A stretch of DNA of 64,000 nucleotides from NCBI GenBank assembly GCA_963758525.1, contig CAVWVQ010000001.1, positions 62,502-126,501 of the forward strand, in the 5' to 3' direction. Position numbers and translations under genes: made by a program. Shown here piece after piece: positions 43,296 to 52,947 of this stretch (position 1 is its first letter; each line of letters opens with the position of its first letter). The DNA comes from an uncultured Phycisphaerales bacterium (lineage in GTDB: Bacteria; Planctomycetota; Phycisphaerae; Tepidisphaerales; Tepidisphaeraceae). The notes below the pieces were generated by a model. That model saw only the letters and a list, made by a program, of their open reading frames with translations, searched no databases and was not told the origin of the DNA.

Positions 43296-43544
43296 CCGAA
43301 TGACGAAACCAGAAACCAGAATCAAGCCCGAATGACGAAACCCGAAACCAGAATCAAGCCCGAATGCTCGAATGACGAAGCCCGAAACGAAGTTAGACCG
43401 CCGATTTCCTGGAACAATCGCGTCGCGGGGAGGACGATGACATCGCGGAGCGTAGCGTTCCCTGCCTTTGTTTCGTCATTCGGTCATTCGTCATTTGGGT
43501 TTGATTGATTCTGGTTTCTGGTTTCGTCATTCGGGTTTCCGTCG
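43296..43544. repeat. Family G: large imperfect inverted repeat with internal 32-bp tandem units
   Basis: The left arm (43296..43392) holds CCGAATGACGAAACC(A/C)GAAACCAGAATCAAGC twice (43296..43327 and 43328..43359) plus a degenerate unit. The right arm (43467..43544) is its inverse (...GATTCTGGTTTCTGGTTTCGTCATTCGG...). Confidence 0.85.
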
Positions 43545-43613
43545 TTCCCCGCGCCTCCCGTTCTGCGCCTCCCGTTCTTGCAGTACTGCGGTCCCGGTCC
43601 TAAACTTGCGAAT

Positions 43614-43704
43614 GTTCGCTAGGGGTGGTTCGGGCCACTTGGCCCGCACCTGAGAACAAACCCTTGGAACCTGATCCGGGCCGAACCGGCGTAGGGAAGC
43701 GAAT
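43614..43704 (+). promoter_or_regulatory. TPP (THI-box) riboswitch upstream of thiC
   Basis: P1 TTCGCT (43615..43620) pairs with AGCGAA (43698..43703). Conserved ...AGGGGTG...CTGAGA...ACCCTTGGAACCTGATCCGGG...CCGGCGTAGGGAAG.... A CCTTCTCTCC tract downstream could sequester the AAGGAG SD at 43766. Confidence 0.85.
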
Positions 43705-43776
43705 CGTTGGCTTATCCCTTCTCTCCGCGCGGTACATTCCGGTCCAGTTTGAAAATGAAATGCTAAAGGAGTTGCC

Positions 43777-45513
43777 ATGAGTCAGTCGCATGTGCAGGCA
43801 GATGGATCGTTTGTACTTCCGCCTCTCGGGGATAATCCATCAACCGATCGGCAGGGGACCTCGCCCGGCTCGTTCGCACAGCGCGGCCGCATCGGGACGC
43901 CGTGGACGTTCAGCTCTCCTGACACGCCGGGCATGCCGGGCGTTTCCGACGTCACGGCACTGGACTTCGCGTCGCCGAAAGATCGCGATGGCAAAACACA
44001 GCTTGAAGAGGCGCGCAGCGGACGAATCTCGGCGGAGATGAAACGCGTGGCGCTGCGCGAGCCGCATCTCACGGCCGATCAGATTCGCTTTGAGGTCGCG
44101 ACCGGCCGCATGATCGTGCCGGCCAACAAGGTGCATCTGGGCTATAAGCTCGAGCCGATGTGCATCGGGCGCGCGGGGCTGACCAAGGTGAACGCCAACA
44201 TGGGCGCGTCGCCGGTGTCGTCGGGAACTGAAGAGGAAGTGGAGAAGCTCAAGTGGGCCGAGCGGTGGGGCGCGGACACGGTGATGGATCTTTCCACCGG
44301 CGGCAATCTCGACGCCTGCCGCGAGGCGATCATACAAAACAGCACCGTTCCCATCGGCACCGTCCCGATTTATTCGATGATCATCGGACGCTCGCTGGAG
44401 GACCTTACGTACGATCTGATTTTGAAGGAGATCGAGAAGCAGGCGAAGCAGGGCGTCGACTATTTCACAATCCACGCCGGCGTGCTGAAGGAGCATCTGC
44501 CGTTTGTCCGCAAGCGCCTGATCGGCATCGTCAGCCGGGGCGGAAGTTTGCTGGCGAAGTGGATGCTGCATCACAACAAGCAGAACCCGATGTACGAAAT
44601 CTTCGACGACATCTGCGCCATCATGCGCGAGTATGACGTCAGCTTTTCCCTCGGCGACGGCCTCCGCCCAGGCGGCCTGGCTGATGCAACGGATCAGGCG
44701 CAGCTTCTGGAGCTTCGCACGCTTGGGGAGTTGACCGAGCGCGCCTGGGCCAACGGATGCCAGGTGATGGTCGAAGGCCCCGGGCACGTTCCGCTCGATC
44801 AGATTGAATACAACATGAAGCTGCAGCGCCAGCTCTGTCATGGCGCCCCGTTTTACGTTCTCGGGCCGCTGGTGACCGACATTTTTCCCGGCTACGACCA
44901 CATCACCAGTTGCATCGGCGCCACCAGCGCCGGCTATCACGGCGCGAGCATGCTCTGCTACGTCACGCCCAAGGAGCACCTGGGACTTCCCAAGAAGGAC
45001 GATGTGAAGCAGGGGTGCGTTGCCTACAAGATCGCCGCGCACGCGGCGGACGTCGCATTGGGAATCCCCGGTACGCGCGATCGCGACGATGAACTCACCA
45101 AGGCGCGAGCCGCGCTCAACTGGCAGCGCCATTTCGATCTCAGCTTCGATCCCGACCTGGCCCGCGCCTATCACGACGAAGACCTGGAAGTGGACACTGA
45201 CTTTTGCGCCATGTGCGGGCACGACTGGTGCTCGGTCCGCATCAGCAAGGAAATCGTGGAGTTTTATAGCGGAAAGGATGAACAGGCCCAGCCCGCCAAA
45301 CGCGCGCTTGCTTCACCGGGCATCAACGTCGCCGGCGCGGAGATTCTTGAAAAGCGCGGCGTTCTGACGCAGGAACAGATCCACCAACTCGCCCACAAAG
45401 GAAAGAAAGCCGCTTGTCACAGCGACAACGTAGGTGATGAGACGGCCGCAAAACTCGTTCAGGTGAACACGCTCAAGGCACATGGGGTCGCGGTGAATGA
45501 GAGCGGGTTGTAG
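43777..45513 (+). CDS. thiC: Phosphomethylpyrimidine synthase
   Basis: 578 aa. ...[13 protein letters not shown]...[13 protein letters not shown]...IGTVPIY...FTIHAG...EGPGHVP...[10 protein letters not shown]... are ThiC radical-SAM hallmarks. Confidence 0.95.
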   Translation: MSQSHVQADGSFVLPPLGDNPSTDRQGTSPGSFAQRGRIGTPWTFSSPDTPGMPGVSDVTALDFASPKDRDGKTQLEEARSGRISAEMKRVALREPHLTADQIRFEVATGRMIVPANKVHLGYKLEPMCIGRAGLTKVNANMGASPVSSGTEEEVEKLKWAERWGADTVMDLSTGGNLDACREAIIQNSTVPIGTVPIYSMIIGRSLEDLTYDLILKEIEKQAKQGVDYFTIHAGVLKEHLPFVRKRLIGIVSRGGSLLAKWMLHHNKQNPMYEIFDDICAIMREYDVSFSLGDGLRPGGLADATDQAQLLELRTLGELTERAWANGCQVMVEGPGHVPLDQIEYNMKLQRQLCHGAPFYVLGPLVTDIFPGYDHITSCIGATSAGYHGASMLCYVTPKEHLGLPKKDDVKQGCVAYKIAAHAADVALGIPGTRDRDDELTKARAALNWQRHFDLSFDPDLARAYHDEDLEVDTDFCAMCGHDWCSVRISKEIVEFYSGKDEQAQPAKRALASPGINVAGAEILEKRGVLTQEQIHQLAHKGKKAACHSDNVGDETAAKLVQVNTLKAHGVAVNESGL

Positions 45514-45665
45514 TGGTTCTTGGCGCTATTACGCTATAGGACCGAGGTGACGCTCACCCCCGGGCAGGCGGTTGTGCTGCGATTAAGCGGTGGCCACGAG
45601 CTGACCGTGCCGGTTGCCGATTTGCTTCCGTAACTCTTGTCACCGCGCAGCGCCTATCATTCCGC

Positions 45666-46286
45666 ATGATGCGACGCCGCACCTTGATCAAATGGCTGGG
45701 ATTCGCCGGGGCGGAACTATTCCTCTTCGGATGTGACGGCGCAACCGCGAAGCAGCCGGAAAAGGAGAACTCTGCAATGCCCGCGACAACCCAGAGCACA
45801 ATTGTCAAAGTGAAGGTGTTCAACTCCAAAGGACAGCTCGTCGGTCCGATCGAGATGCCAAAAGTGATCAAGACGGACGCGGAGTGGCAAAAGCTGCTCA
45901 CCCAAGACCAGTACGAGATCGCGCGGGCGAAGGGAACCGAACGGCCCTTCTGCGGCACGCTGCTGGATAATCACAAAACCGGGATTTACACCTGCATCTG
46001 TTGCGGCCTGCCGCTCTTCTCCTCCGACTCGAAATTCAATTCCGGCACCGGCTGGCCGAGCTTTTTTGCGCCGGTCGCCGAGGAGAATGTCACCGAGCAC
46101 ACGGACAATTCGCTGTTCATGAGCCGAACGGAGATCCTCTGCACGCGATGCGATTGCCATCTCGGTCATGTCTTTGACGACGGTCCCAAGCCCACGGGTT
46201 TGCGATTCTGTGTAAATTCCGAATCACTCTCCTTCACGCTCAGCACCGATCTGGCCAAGATCGCTGATCCCGCCGCGGCGTCATGA
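45666..46286 (+). CDS. msrB: Peptide-methionine (R)-S-oxide reductase with N-terminal export signal
   Basis: ...GIYTCICCGLPLFSSDSKFNSGTGWPSF...CTRCDCHLGHVFDDGP...RFCVNS.... A twin-Arg-like MMRRRTLIKWLGFAGA leader precedes the domain. Confidence 0.9.
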   Translation: MMRRRTLIKWLGFAGAELFLFGCDGATAKQPEKENSAMPATTQSTIVKVKVFNSKGQLVGPIEMPKVIKTDAEWQKLLTQDQYEIARAKGTERPFCGTLLDNHKTGIYTCICCGLPLFSSDSKFNSGTGWPSFFAPVAEENVTEHTDNSLFMSRTEILCTRCDCHLGHVFDDGPKPTGLRFCVNSESLSFTLSTDLAKIADPAAAS

Positions 46287-46408
46287 TTTGTTGTGGTGCA
46301 GACGTTCAGGCTGCAACCCAGCGGCAGGCTGGAAGCCTGCACCACAAAAATGCAGCCAGCGGTCATCGGGGTGCGATCTTAATTGTGGCGATTGCGGATC
46401 TTGCGATG

Positions 46409-46477
46409 GTAGGGCGGGATTGATCCCGCCGCTTTCTCGGCCGGGCCAACAAATCGGCGGGATGAATCCCGCCCTAC
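46409..46477. repeat. Paired-hairpin palindromic element, family A (copy 3 of 4)
   Basis: GTAGGGCGGGATTGATCCCGCC (46409..46430), a spacer, then GGCGGGATGAATCCCGCCCTAC (46456..46477). Confidence 0.9.
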
Positions 46478-46577
46478 TCGGAGCTGATCGCCACTTTCGA
46501 GCGCCACACCCCGGTCATCCAACTGGCGGCTCCCGGCGTTTGACGGTTGGCTGCGAATCCTCTATTAAACTTCGCGA

Positions 46578-47246
46578 ATGATCATCACGATCGATGGTCC
46601 CGCGGGCACGGGCAAATCAACTGTCGCTCAGCGGGTCGCTGAGCGCATCGGGTTCGATTTCCTCGATACGGGGGCGATGTATCGAGCCGTCGGTCTGGAG
46701 GCGGTGCGCAGAGGCGCGAAGCTCGAAGACGCGCGCGAGCTCGCGTTCATGGTCAGACATTGCCGGATCCGTTTTGACTGGAGCCAGCGCCCCCCGGGCC
46801 TGTTGCTCAACGACGTGCCGGTGGGGCATTTGCTGCGCGGCACGGAGGTGACGCGCGCGGCATCTTTCGTGGCGAGGGTGCCGGCCGTGCGGGAGCAGTT
46901 GGTGGGCGAGCAGCAGCAGATCGGCCGGGAGCATGGGAATCTGCTCACGGAAGGACGCGACCAGGGAACGGTGGTATTTCCAGATGCGGCCCTGAAGGTC
47001 TATCTCGACGCCACTCCGCAGGAGCGCGCCCGCCGGCGGGTCGCACAATTTCGAGCGCGTGGAGAAATCGTTGAGCTCGGCACCGTGCTCGCGGAGATTC
47101 TCGAGCGCGACCAGCGCGATGAGGCCCGCACCATCGGCCCGCTGGCGGTGCCGTCTGGGGCGGTCTTGATCGACACCACGAACATTTCCACCGAACAGGT
47201 GGTTGACGAGATCGTCCGCCACGCGAAATCGCGAGGGGCCCAGTGA
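46578..47246 (+). CDS. cmk: Cytidylate kinase
   Basis: MIITIDGPAGTGKSTVAQRVAERIGFDFLDTGAMYRAV... and ...EGRDQGTVVFPDA.... Confidence 0.9.
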   Translation: MIITIDGPAGTGKSTVAQRVAERIGFDFLDTGAMYRAVGLEAVRRGAKLEDARELAFMVRHCRIRFDWSQRPPGLLLNDVPVGHLLRGTEVTRAASFVARVPAVREQLVGEQQQIGREHGNLLTEGRDQGTVVFPDAALKVYLDATPQERARRRVAQFRARGEIVELGTVLAEILERDQRDEARTIGPLAVPSGAVLIDTTNISTEQVVDEIVRHAKSRGAQ

Positions 47247-47905
47247 GCGGAACATCCGCTGGCACGGCTGCAGAGCCGGTCGTGAGGAGAGGCGCGCGCA
47301 AATCCGTCATGTGGAATCTGACGCGCATCTTCTGTCGGATCATCTGCTCGGTATTTTTCGACCTGAAAACCTACGGCGTCAAAAACGTCCCCAAAACCGG
47401 CGGCGTTCTGCTCGTCTCCAACCACCAGAGCTATCTGGACCCGGTCCTCATCGGCGTCCAGGTCTTTCGTCCCATCAGCTACCTGGCCAAGTCCGAGCTG
47501 TTCGAAAACCCCATCTTCGGCTGGTTTATTCGCGGGCTGAACGCCTTTCCCGTCCGGCAGGGAGCCGGCGATGTCGGCGCGGTGAAAGAAACGATCCTGC
47601 GCCTGCAGGAGGGCGGTGCACTGAACATCTTCCCGGAGGGATCCCGTTCAGAAGACGGAGCGCTTCAGCCCATCGAGAAGGGCGCAAGCCTGGTGATCCG
47701 GCGGGCGAAAGTGCCGGTTGTTCCCGTCGTCATTCAAGGATCGTTCCGCGCCTGGCCGCGCGGGCAGATCATGTTCCGCAGTGCGCCGATCCGCCTTTTG
47801 TACGGCAAGCCGATGGAATTGGCGCACCTTCGCCCCGACGAGATCGGCCGGACGATCGATGCGACATTCCGTTCGATGCTGGAGGAGTTGAAGAAGCGCA
47901 AATAG
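47243..47905 (+). CDS. plsC: 1-acyl-sn-glycerol-3-phosphate acyltransferase
   Basis: ...LLVSNHQSYLDPVLIG... (HX4D) and ...IFPEGSRSEDG.... There is a 4-nt overlap with cmk. Confidence 0.85.
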   Translation: MSGTSAGTAAEPVVRRGARKSVMWNLTRIFCRIICSVFFDLKTYGVKNVPKTGGVLLVSNHQSYLDPVLIGVQVFRPISYLAKSELFENPIFGWFIRGLNAFPVRQGAGDVGAVKETILRLQEGGALNIFPEGSRSEDGALQPIEKGASLVIRRAKVPVVPVVIQGSFRAWPRGQIMFRSAPIRLLYGKPMELAHLRPDEIGRTIDATFRSMLEELKKRK

Positions 47906-47924
47906 CCGCCTTCGAGACAGGTGG

Positions 47925-48007
47925 GGTTCAGGGTGTCAGGGTTCAGAAAAGAAGGGCGGTCGCAATTCTTCCCCGAATCCTGACACCTGAACCCGGACAC
48001 CCTGAAC
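47925..48007. repeat. Nested inverted repeat between convergent genes (possible bidirectional terminator)
   Basis: GTTCAGGGTGTC (47926..47937) pairs perfectly with GACACCCTGAAC (47996..48007). Inner partial repeats are CAGGGTTCAG and CTGACACCTGAACC. No clear U-tract is present. Confidence 0.6.
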
Positions 48008-48010
48008 TCT

Positions 48011-49546
48011 CTACTGATCCGCCGCCGGCCCGACGATGATCCGGCCTTTGTGCGGGCGAGTGGTGGGTTGGGTCGTCGATTGCGTAGTCGTTTGAGTTGC
48101 CGGCGGGGCGAGGTCGATGTCGATCTGTCCGCAGTAATATCGCCAGCCTCGGCCAAGGAGCAGTTGGTCTTTGAGCATCTCGGCAATGCCGGCCTTTACC
48201 AGGCCTTCAAACCGCACTCTCTTGTTCACGATCACGGTGATCGGCGCTCTCAGATTGACCATCTGGTCGTTCAGGTAAATCCGGAACGACTCGACATTGT
48301 CGGTGGTGACATTGAATCGGTTCGCCTGGACAGTCGCATCCAGCCGCCAGGGATTCTGATCTACGACCATGTACCCACTTCCGTGGCGAAAATAGAGACG
48401 GCGATCGTCGCCGGGAGAAAACGGCTGCCAGATTTGCACCCAGTCATTCCGGTTGAACACGCTGTCCGGACGATTCGACTGAAGTGAGACCGACTTCGGA
48501 TAGAGCTCGCGCGTGCGGGCGCGCAATTTCCCATAACACTCCTCAATCACCGCGTCGCTGGGCGCGTGACCCAGGTCTTTGGTTTCGACGAATTCAACGT
48601 CGAGCTTCAGTGCCCGCAGCGCCTTGACCAGTGACTTGGAAGCGATGGGTTTGATGATGTCATCGCTGTCATCGCACCAGACGACCGGCAGCACATTCGA
48701 AAGATTCATGAGCCGAAGCCGCTGCCAATCGGCGCTGGCCGCTCCGGCCAGCGGATTGATGGCGGCGAAATACGTCGGGCAGTGCAGCGCCAGATTCCAG
48801 ACCGCATGCGCGGCTTCGGAGTGACCGATCAAATAGACGCGCGCAGGATCGATGTTGACGCGATCGGCCACATCGATCACCGGCTGCAGCGCGTCGTTCA
48901 TTCCCGCGTAGCCCGGCCCATACAACTCCTTGAGATCCAGCAGCGGCATCACCACGACAGCGTCGTCGTGACGAGCCAACTCCTCCTTGATCCAGGCGGT
49001 GTAGATCTTGACGATGTCCTTCGCATCCGGCGGAGGCTCGGTCACAAACGCCTGAGTGGTCGGCAATTTCACCACCAGCGGCCAAGGCCGGGAGCGATCG
49101 TATGCGGGCGGGAGCCCGACGAAGTATTTGGCGTCGTACGGCCCGCGTTTCTGGTTGATGTAATAGACGCCGCCGCCGGCCAGAGCCGGCCAGTGCGTTC
49201 GCAGCCGAACGAGTCGTCCCACGGCAACGGGATCGAGTCCAAGCTGCTCAATCTGTTGCGCGATGCCGTTGCGATCTTTGGACGTCGCGGCCGCGAAATA
49301 TTCTTCGATCAGGTGATGCGCAGACAACAGCTTGATGGAGTCGCTGGGACGAAACGCATCGCCCAATTCGGTGCGATACATCGCGACCAGTGCATCATCG
49401 GGAATGACAGCCCCAACGGGCGCTGCCGCCGCCTGAGTCGTTGCTTGCCCTTTCGCAGGTGATATGAACGAAGCAGCCGCTATTGCGCAAAGCAGCGCCT
49501 TCACAGCCGCGCGACATCCGATCGATCGCTCCCGTGTCTGCGTCAC
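48011..49546 (-). CDS. Secreted alpha/beta-hydrolase-fold protein (esterase/peptidase-like)
   Basis: It has a signal peptide. The nucleophile-elbow-like motif YLIGHSEAA, then ...VVWCDDSDD... and ...DLGHAP..., come in Ser-Asp-His order. A C-terminal extra domain and a Thr/Gln-rich tail follow. The family was not recognised precisely. Confidence 0.45.
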   Translation of the reverse strand: MTQTRERSIGCRAAVKALLCAIAAASFISPAKGQATTQAAAAPVGAVIPDDALVAMYRTELGDAFRPSDSIKLLSAHHLIEEYFAAATSKDRNGIAQQIEQLGLDPVAVGRLVRLRTHWPALAGGGVYYINQKRGPYDAKYFVGLPPAYDRSRPWPLVVKLPTTQAFVTEPPPDAKDIVKIYTAWIKEELARHDDAVVVMPLLDLKELYGPGYAGMNDALQPVIDVADRVNIDPARVYLIGHSEAAHAVWNLALHCPTYFAAINPLAGAASADWQRLRLMNLSNVLPVVWCDDSDDIIKPIASKSLVKALRALKLDVEFVETKDLGHAPSDAVIEECYGKLRARTRELYPKSVSLQSNRPDSVFNRNDWVQIWQPFSPGDDRRLYFRHGSGYMVVDQNPWRLDATVQANRFNVTTDNVESFRIYLNDQMVNLRAPITVIVNKRVRFEGLVKAGIAEMLKDQLLLGRGWRYYCGQIDIDLAPPATQTTTQSTTQPTTRPHKGRIIVGPAADQ

Positions 49547-49588
49547 ATTTCGATTACCAGATGAACGGGCGCGAGTACCGCGGCGCCT

Positions 49589-50071
49589 TCACGCTTCTTC
49601 GATCGTCACGCTCTTGAGTGTATCGCCCTGACGCGTGGCGTCGACAACTTCCTGTCCGCTGCTCACCTGGCCGAATACCGTATGCTTTCCATCAAGCCAG
49701 TCGGTGGCGATGTGGGTGATGAAAAACTGGCTTCCGTTGGTATTCGGGCCGGCGTTGGCCATCGAGAGCGACCCGCGCTGATGCTTGTGGGGGTTGTTGC
49801 GGGTTTCGTCGCCGAATTTATATCCCGGTCCGCCAGCGCCTGTTCCTTCCGGGTCGCCGCCCTGAATCATGAAATCCGCGATAACTCGATGAAACTTCAG
49901 CCCGTCGTAGAACTTGTCCCTGGCGAGAAACACGAAGTTGTTGACGGTCTGCGGCGCTTCCTTCGGGAAGAGCTGGCAAACGATTTTGCCGCGCGACGTC
50001 TCGAACGTCGCGGTGTATTTCTTACTGGCATCGATCTGCATCGCCGGAGCGGCGGCGTACTTCTTGGGCAT
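49589..50071 (-). CDS. Peptidyl-prolyl cis-trans isomerase, cyclophilin type
   Basis: ...FHRVIADFMIQGGDPEGTGAGGPGYKFGDE...LSMANAGPNTNGSQFFI.... ATG 50071 is preferred over the GTG at 50095. Confidence 0.9.
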   Translation of the reverse strand: MPKKYAAAPAMQIDASKKYTATFETSRGKIVCQLFPKEAPQTVNNFVFLARDKFYDGLKFHRVIADFMIQGGDPEGTGAGGPGYKFGDETRNNPHKHQRGSLSMANAGPNTNGSQFFITHIATDWLDGKHTVFGQVSSGQEVVDATRQGDTLKSVTIEEA

Positions 50072-50120
50072 AGGTCGGTCTCCCTTGTTGCACACAAGCT
50101 TTCACGTCGGCGGCTGCTTG

Positions 50121-51389
50121 TCAACTAATGCGCAACCGTTCCACGAAATCATCAAGGATCGCGCGCGCTGCGCTTTCTGCAATTACCGCGGGCCGGTAGG
50201 TCAGTGCCAGAGTCAATTTACCGTTCATTTCCGTTGTGCTGAGCACTGCGGGGGCGATCGGGCCAGTCGGCGAGATGCGAACGTAATCCAAGACTCCGCT
50301 GCCCAGTGGCTCGTCGCGGGCCAGGCTGACACTTGAAAGCCCCGCCGCCAGCGGCATGCTCTTGCGATAGAAATGATAGAGCCGCCGCCGCGGCATGAAT
50401 CGGCCCAGTGCGAGCCCCGCGTTGACCCATACAGTGCATGCCGGCGCAATGCCGCTGCTGCGCAGCATTGCGGTCTGCTTCCGCACCTTCTTCAGCAATT
50501 GGCCCCGGCTGGAAAAATCATTTGGCGCAGACGATGCTGGTAAATCCGAGAAACAAACCGAACGTATTGGATAGATTTCGGACGGCATACGGCCGAAGGT
50601 TGACGATGCATCCCACCGCAACGTCGCGCCGATTCTGCCGCGGCTGCAATGGCACATGCCGGCGCACGGTTTCGAGCAGTGCCGTCAGCATCACATCGCT
50701 CACGCGCGTTTGCCGCGATTGACAATCGCGCCGCAACTGGTCGATCAGACCATCGGGCATCGTCCCAGCATGACGCGCACCGGATAATCGCCCGCTCCGC
50801 TCGTGACTGGCTTTTGCGCTGATCTGAGACGGTGGTGGCCCCGGATGAACGTGCTGACCGTCTGATCCAGTTGCACCTTCGCATTGCGGCCCGTGAACAG
50901 CTTCCAGTAGCTGCCGTTTGTGTGTGTCAACGGCTCGATTCGCGACGTTGAATCGCCGGCGAGGGACGCGAGCCAATCCCGCATCAGCATCCGGATGGAA
51001 ACGCTGTCGGCGACGCAGTGACGGTACGTGAGCCCGATCCAGGTGTTCTCGCCGTCGCGCAGCAGGAATGGTCGAAAGGGATGGCCATCAACATCGCTCG
51101 CGAACGTGCGATTCAACTCAAATGACAGGTGCTCGTCCAGAGCATCAGACGGCGTCAACAGCGTGGTCGACGTATCACTCGGCGCGCGGGCGGGAATTTC
51201 GCTTTGAGTATGACCATTGATCCGCCCCGTCACCAGGTGGAGCGCGCCTGATGCCAACTCCCACGCTCGCCTCACGTCGTCCTCTGCCATCCTTCCGCGA
51301 AGCTTCACGGCCTGCGCGGCATTGTATGGATGTACCGTCTCCCAACTCTGGAACAGCTTCTGCACGACATTCAAGGATGCGGCTTTCAT
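50121..51389 (-). CDS. Condensation/acyltransferase-like (HxxxD) protein, two frame breaks (near 50760 and 50520)
   Basis: Three overlapping minus-strand ORFs (50745..51452, 50518..50976, 50121..50657) read through as one protein. ...WIGLTYRHCVADSVSIRMLM... has the HxxxD motif of condensation/WS-DGAT/PapA5-type acyltransferases. Confidence 0.45.
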
Positions 51390-51417
51390 CGCGAAACTAC
51401 TCACATCCGTCACGAAT

Positions 51418-52103
51418 TCACCCGGCCCGCAACTTGGGCACGAACCCGCCAACCTGCGCGCGATAACGCGCGTACACTTTGCCGTGCGATCGCAACATGT
51501 GCTGTTCCTCCCGCCACGCTTCCCAATGCAGCAGAATCAAGTGGAGGAGGCCGGCAATTAAAAGCAACGGCGAGGGAATCGCCAGGAGCGACGCAAGCAT
51601 CATCATCTGCGACAACGCGTAGATCGGGTGTCGAAGCCAGGCGTATGGACCGCTGGCAATCATCTCGGTTTGCTCCGCGGGATCGATGCCCATCCGCCAG
51701 GACCTGCCCATTTGTCTCCAGCAAAATATCGTGGCGATGAAACAGCCGCCTGCAAGTAACGCGCCGCTCCAAGCGGCGATCGGATCGTGCCAAAAAGGGC
51801 GCACGATGCCGCGCGGCAGTCGTGACAGAGCCGTGACAAACGGCGTTACGATCCAGATTCCCACGACCGGAGTCCAGATGATGCGAAGAACCCGGCCGAG
51901 GAACTCGGCAGGAACCAGGTTCGCCGCTCGACCGGTCTTGCGACGCGCTTTCGCGCCATTCTCCCGACACGCATCCAATAGGCGCCGATGACTGTTCCAA
52001 GCAGCAGCCACGCAACCCGCTCGCTTGTGGCGCAAGGTTCCAGCTTGCTCGCCAACGGCAGACTCGAAGCCTGCGCCACAAGAGGGAGCAATCGATTCGA
52101 CAT
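51418..52103 (-). CDS. Isoprenylcysteine carboxyl methyltransferase (ICMT)/phospholipid methyltransferase-family membrane protein, frame-broken near 51940-51960
   Basis: ...SGPYAWLRHPIYALSQMMMLASLL...EAWREEQHMLRSHGKVYARYRAQV... is the C-terminal signature. The N-terminus continues in another frame (MSNRLLPL...VAWLLLGTVIGAYWMRVGRMA...). ATG 52103 overlaps the birA stop (TGATG). Confidence 0.6.
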
Positions 52104-52947
52104 CACCGCAGGGTCACCTGTCCAGAAATGATTCGATGGACGGTCCGTCCGTCGCTGAGCAGCAGCCTTCCGGTGCTGTCGAGCCCCTGGCACTTGCCGG
52201 ACAGGACCGCGTCGTCCGGTGCATTGGAAATGCTGATCCGCCTTCCGACCAGCGCATGATGTGAATCATACTCTTTCAGGACAGCCGCGAATGGATGATC
52301 GCTTCCTCGCTTCAGCACCGCGCGGAGATGCGAAGCGATCAGCAGCAGCGCATCGTTCGGATTGATCGGCGCGCCGCGCACTTGCGCGAGAGTCGTCATG
52401 CGCTGTCGCAAGGGCAGGGGGCGCGAGAAACATCGACGTTCAGATTCAGACCGATGCCAACGAGATCGGCTTTGAGTATGCGTTCGCAGAGCAGCCCGCC
52501 GATTTTGCGATCTCCAAAGAGGAGATCGTTGGGCCACTTCAGGAGGATCTCCTGACTCCCGCTCAGCTCCGCGGCCGCGTTGCGAACCGCCAGCCCCGCG
52601 ATCAGCGGCAGTTGGTGCGGTGCGATCTGCTCATCGATCGGCAGCGCGATGGTCACGGTCAGGCATCCAGCCGCAGACCACCAGACGTTATCGCCGCGCC
52701 CGCGGCCCGCGGTCTGCCGGCCAGCGAGCACCACCGCCGGCGCAAAAAGATCACCGCGACGGCGCAGGGCGGCCGCGTGATCGTTGGTGCTTCGCAGGCG
52801 GGTAAACCAGTGCAGTCGAAAAGGTTTCAGCCCGCGTCGTAGTCGCGCAAGATCGAATCCTGCGGTGTGTCTCAGTGCCGTATCAACGGCGGCGCTGGAC
52901 GGGGCGTTCGTCAGCGTTGGCTTTCGCAGATCAACCCTCCAGGACAA
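52103..52947 (-). CDS. birA: Biotin--[acetyl-CoA-carboxylase] ligase, frame-broken at the C5/G5 run 52416..52420
   Basis: ...VVLAGRQTAGRGRGDNVWWS...LKWPNDLLFGDRKIGGLLCE...GIGLNLNV.... It continues in another frame as ...RPLPLRQRMTTLAQV...LSGKCQGLDSTGRLLL.... Confidence 0.8.
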
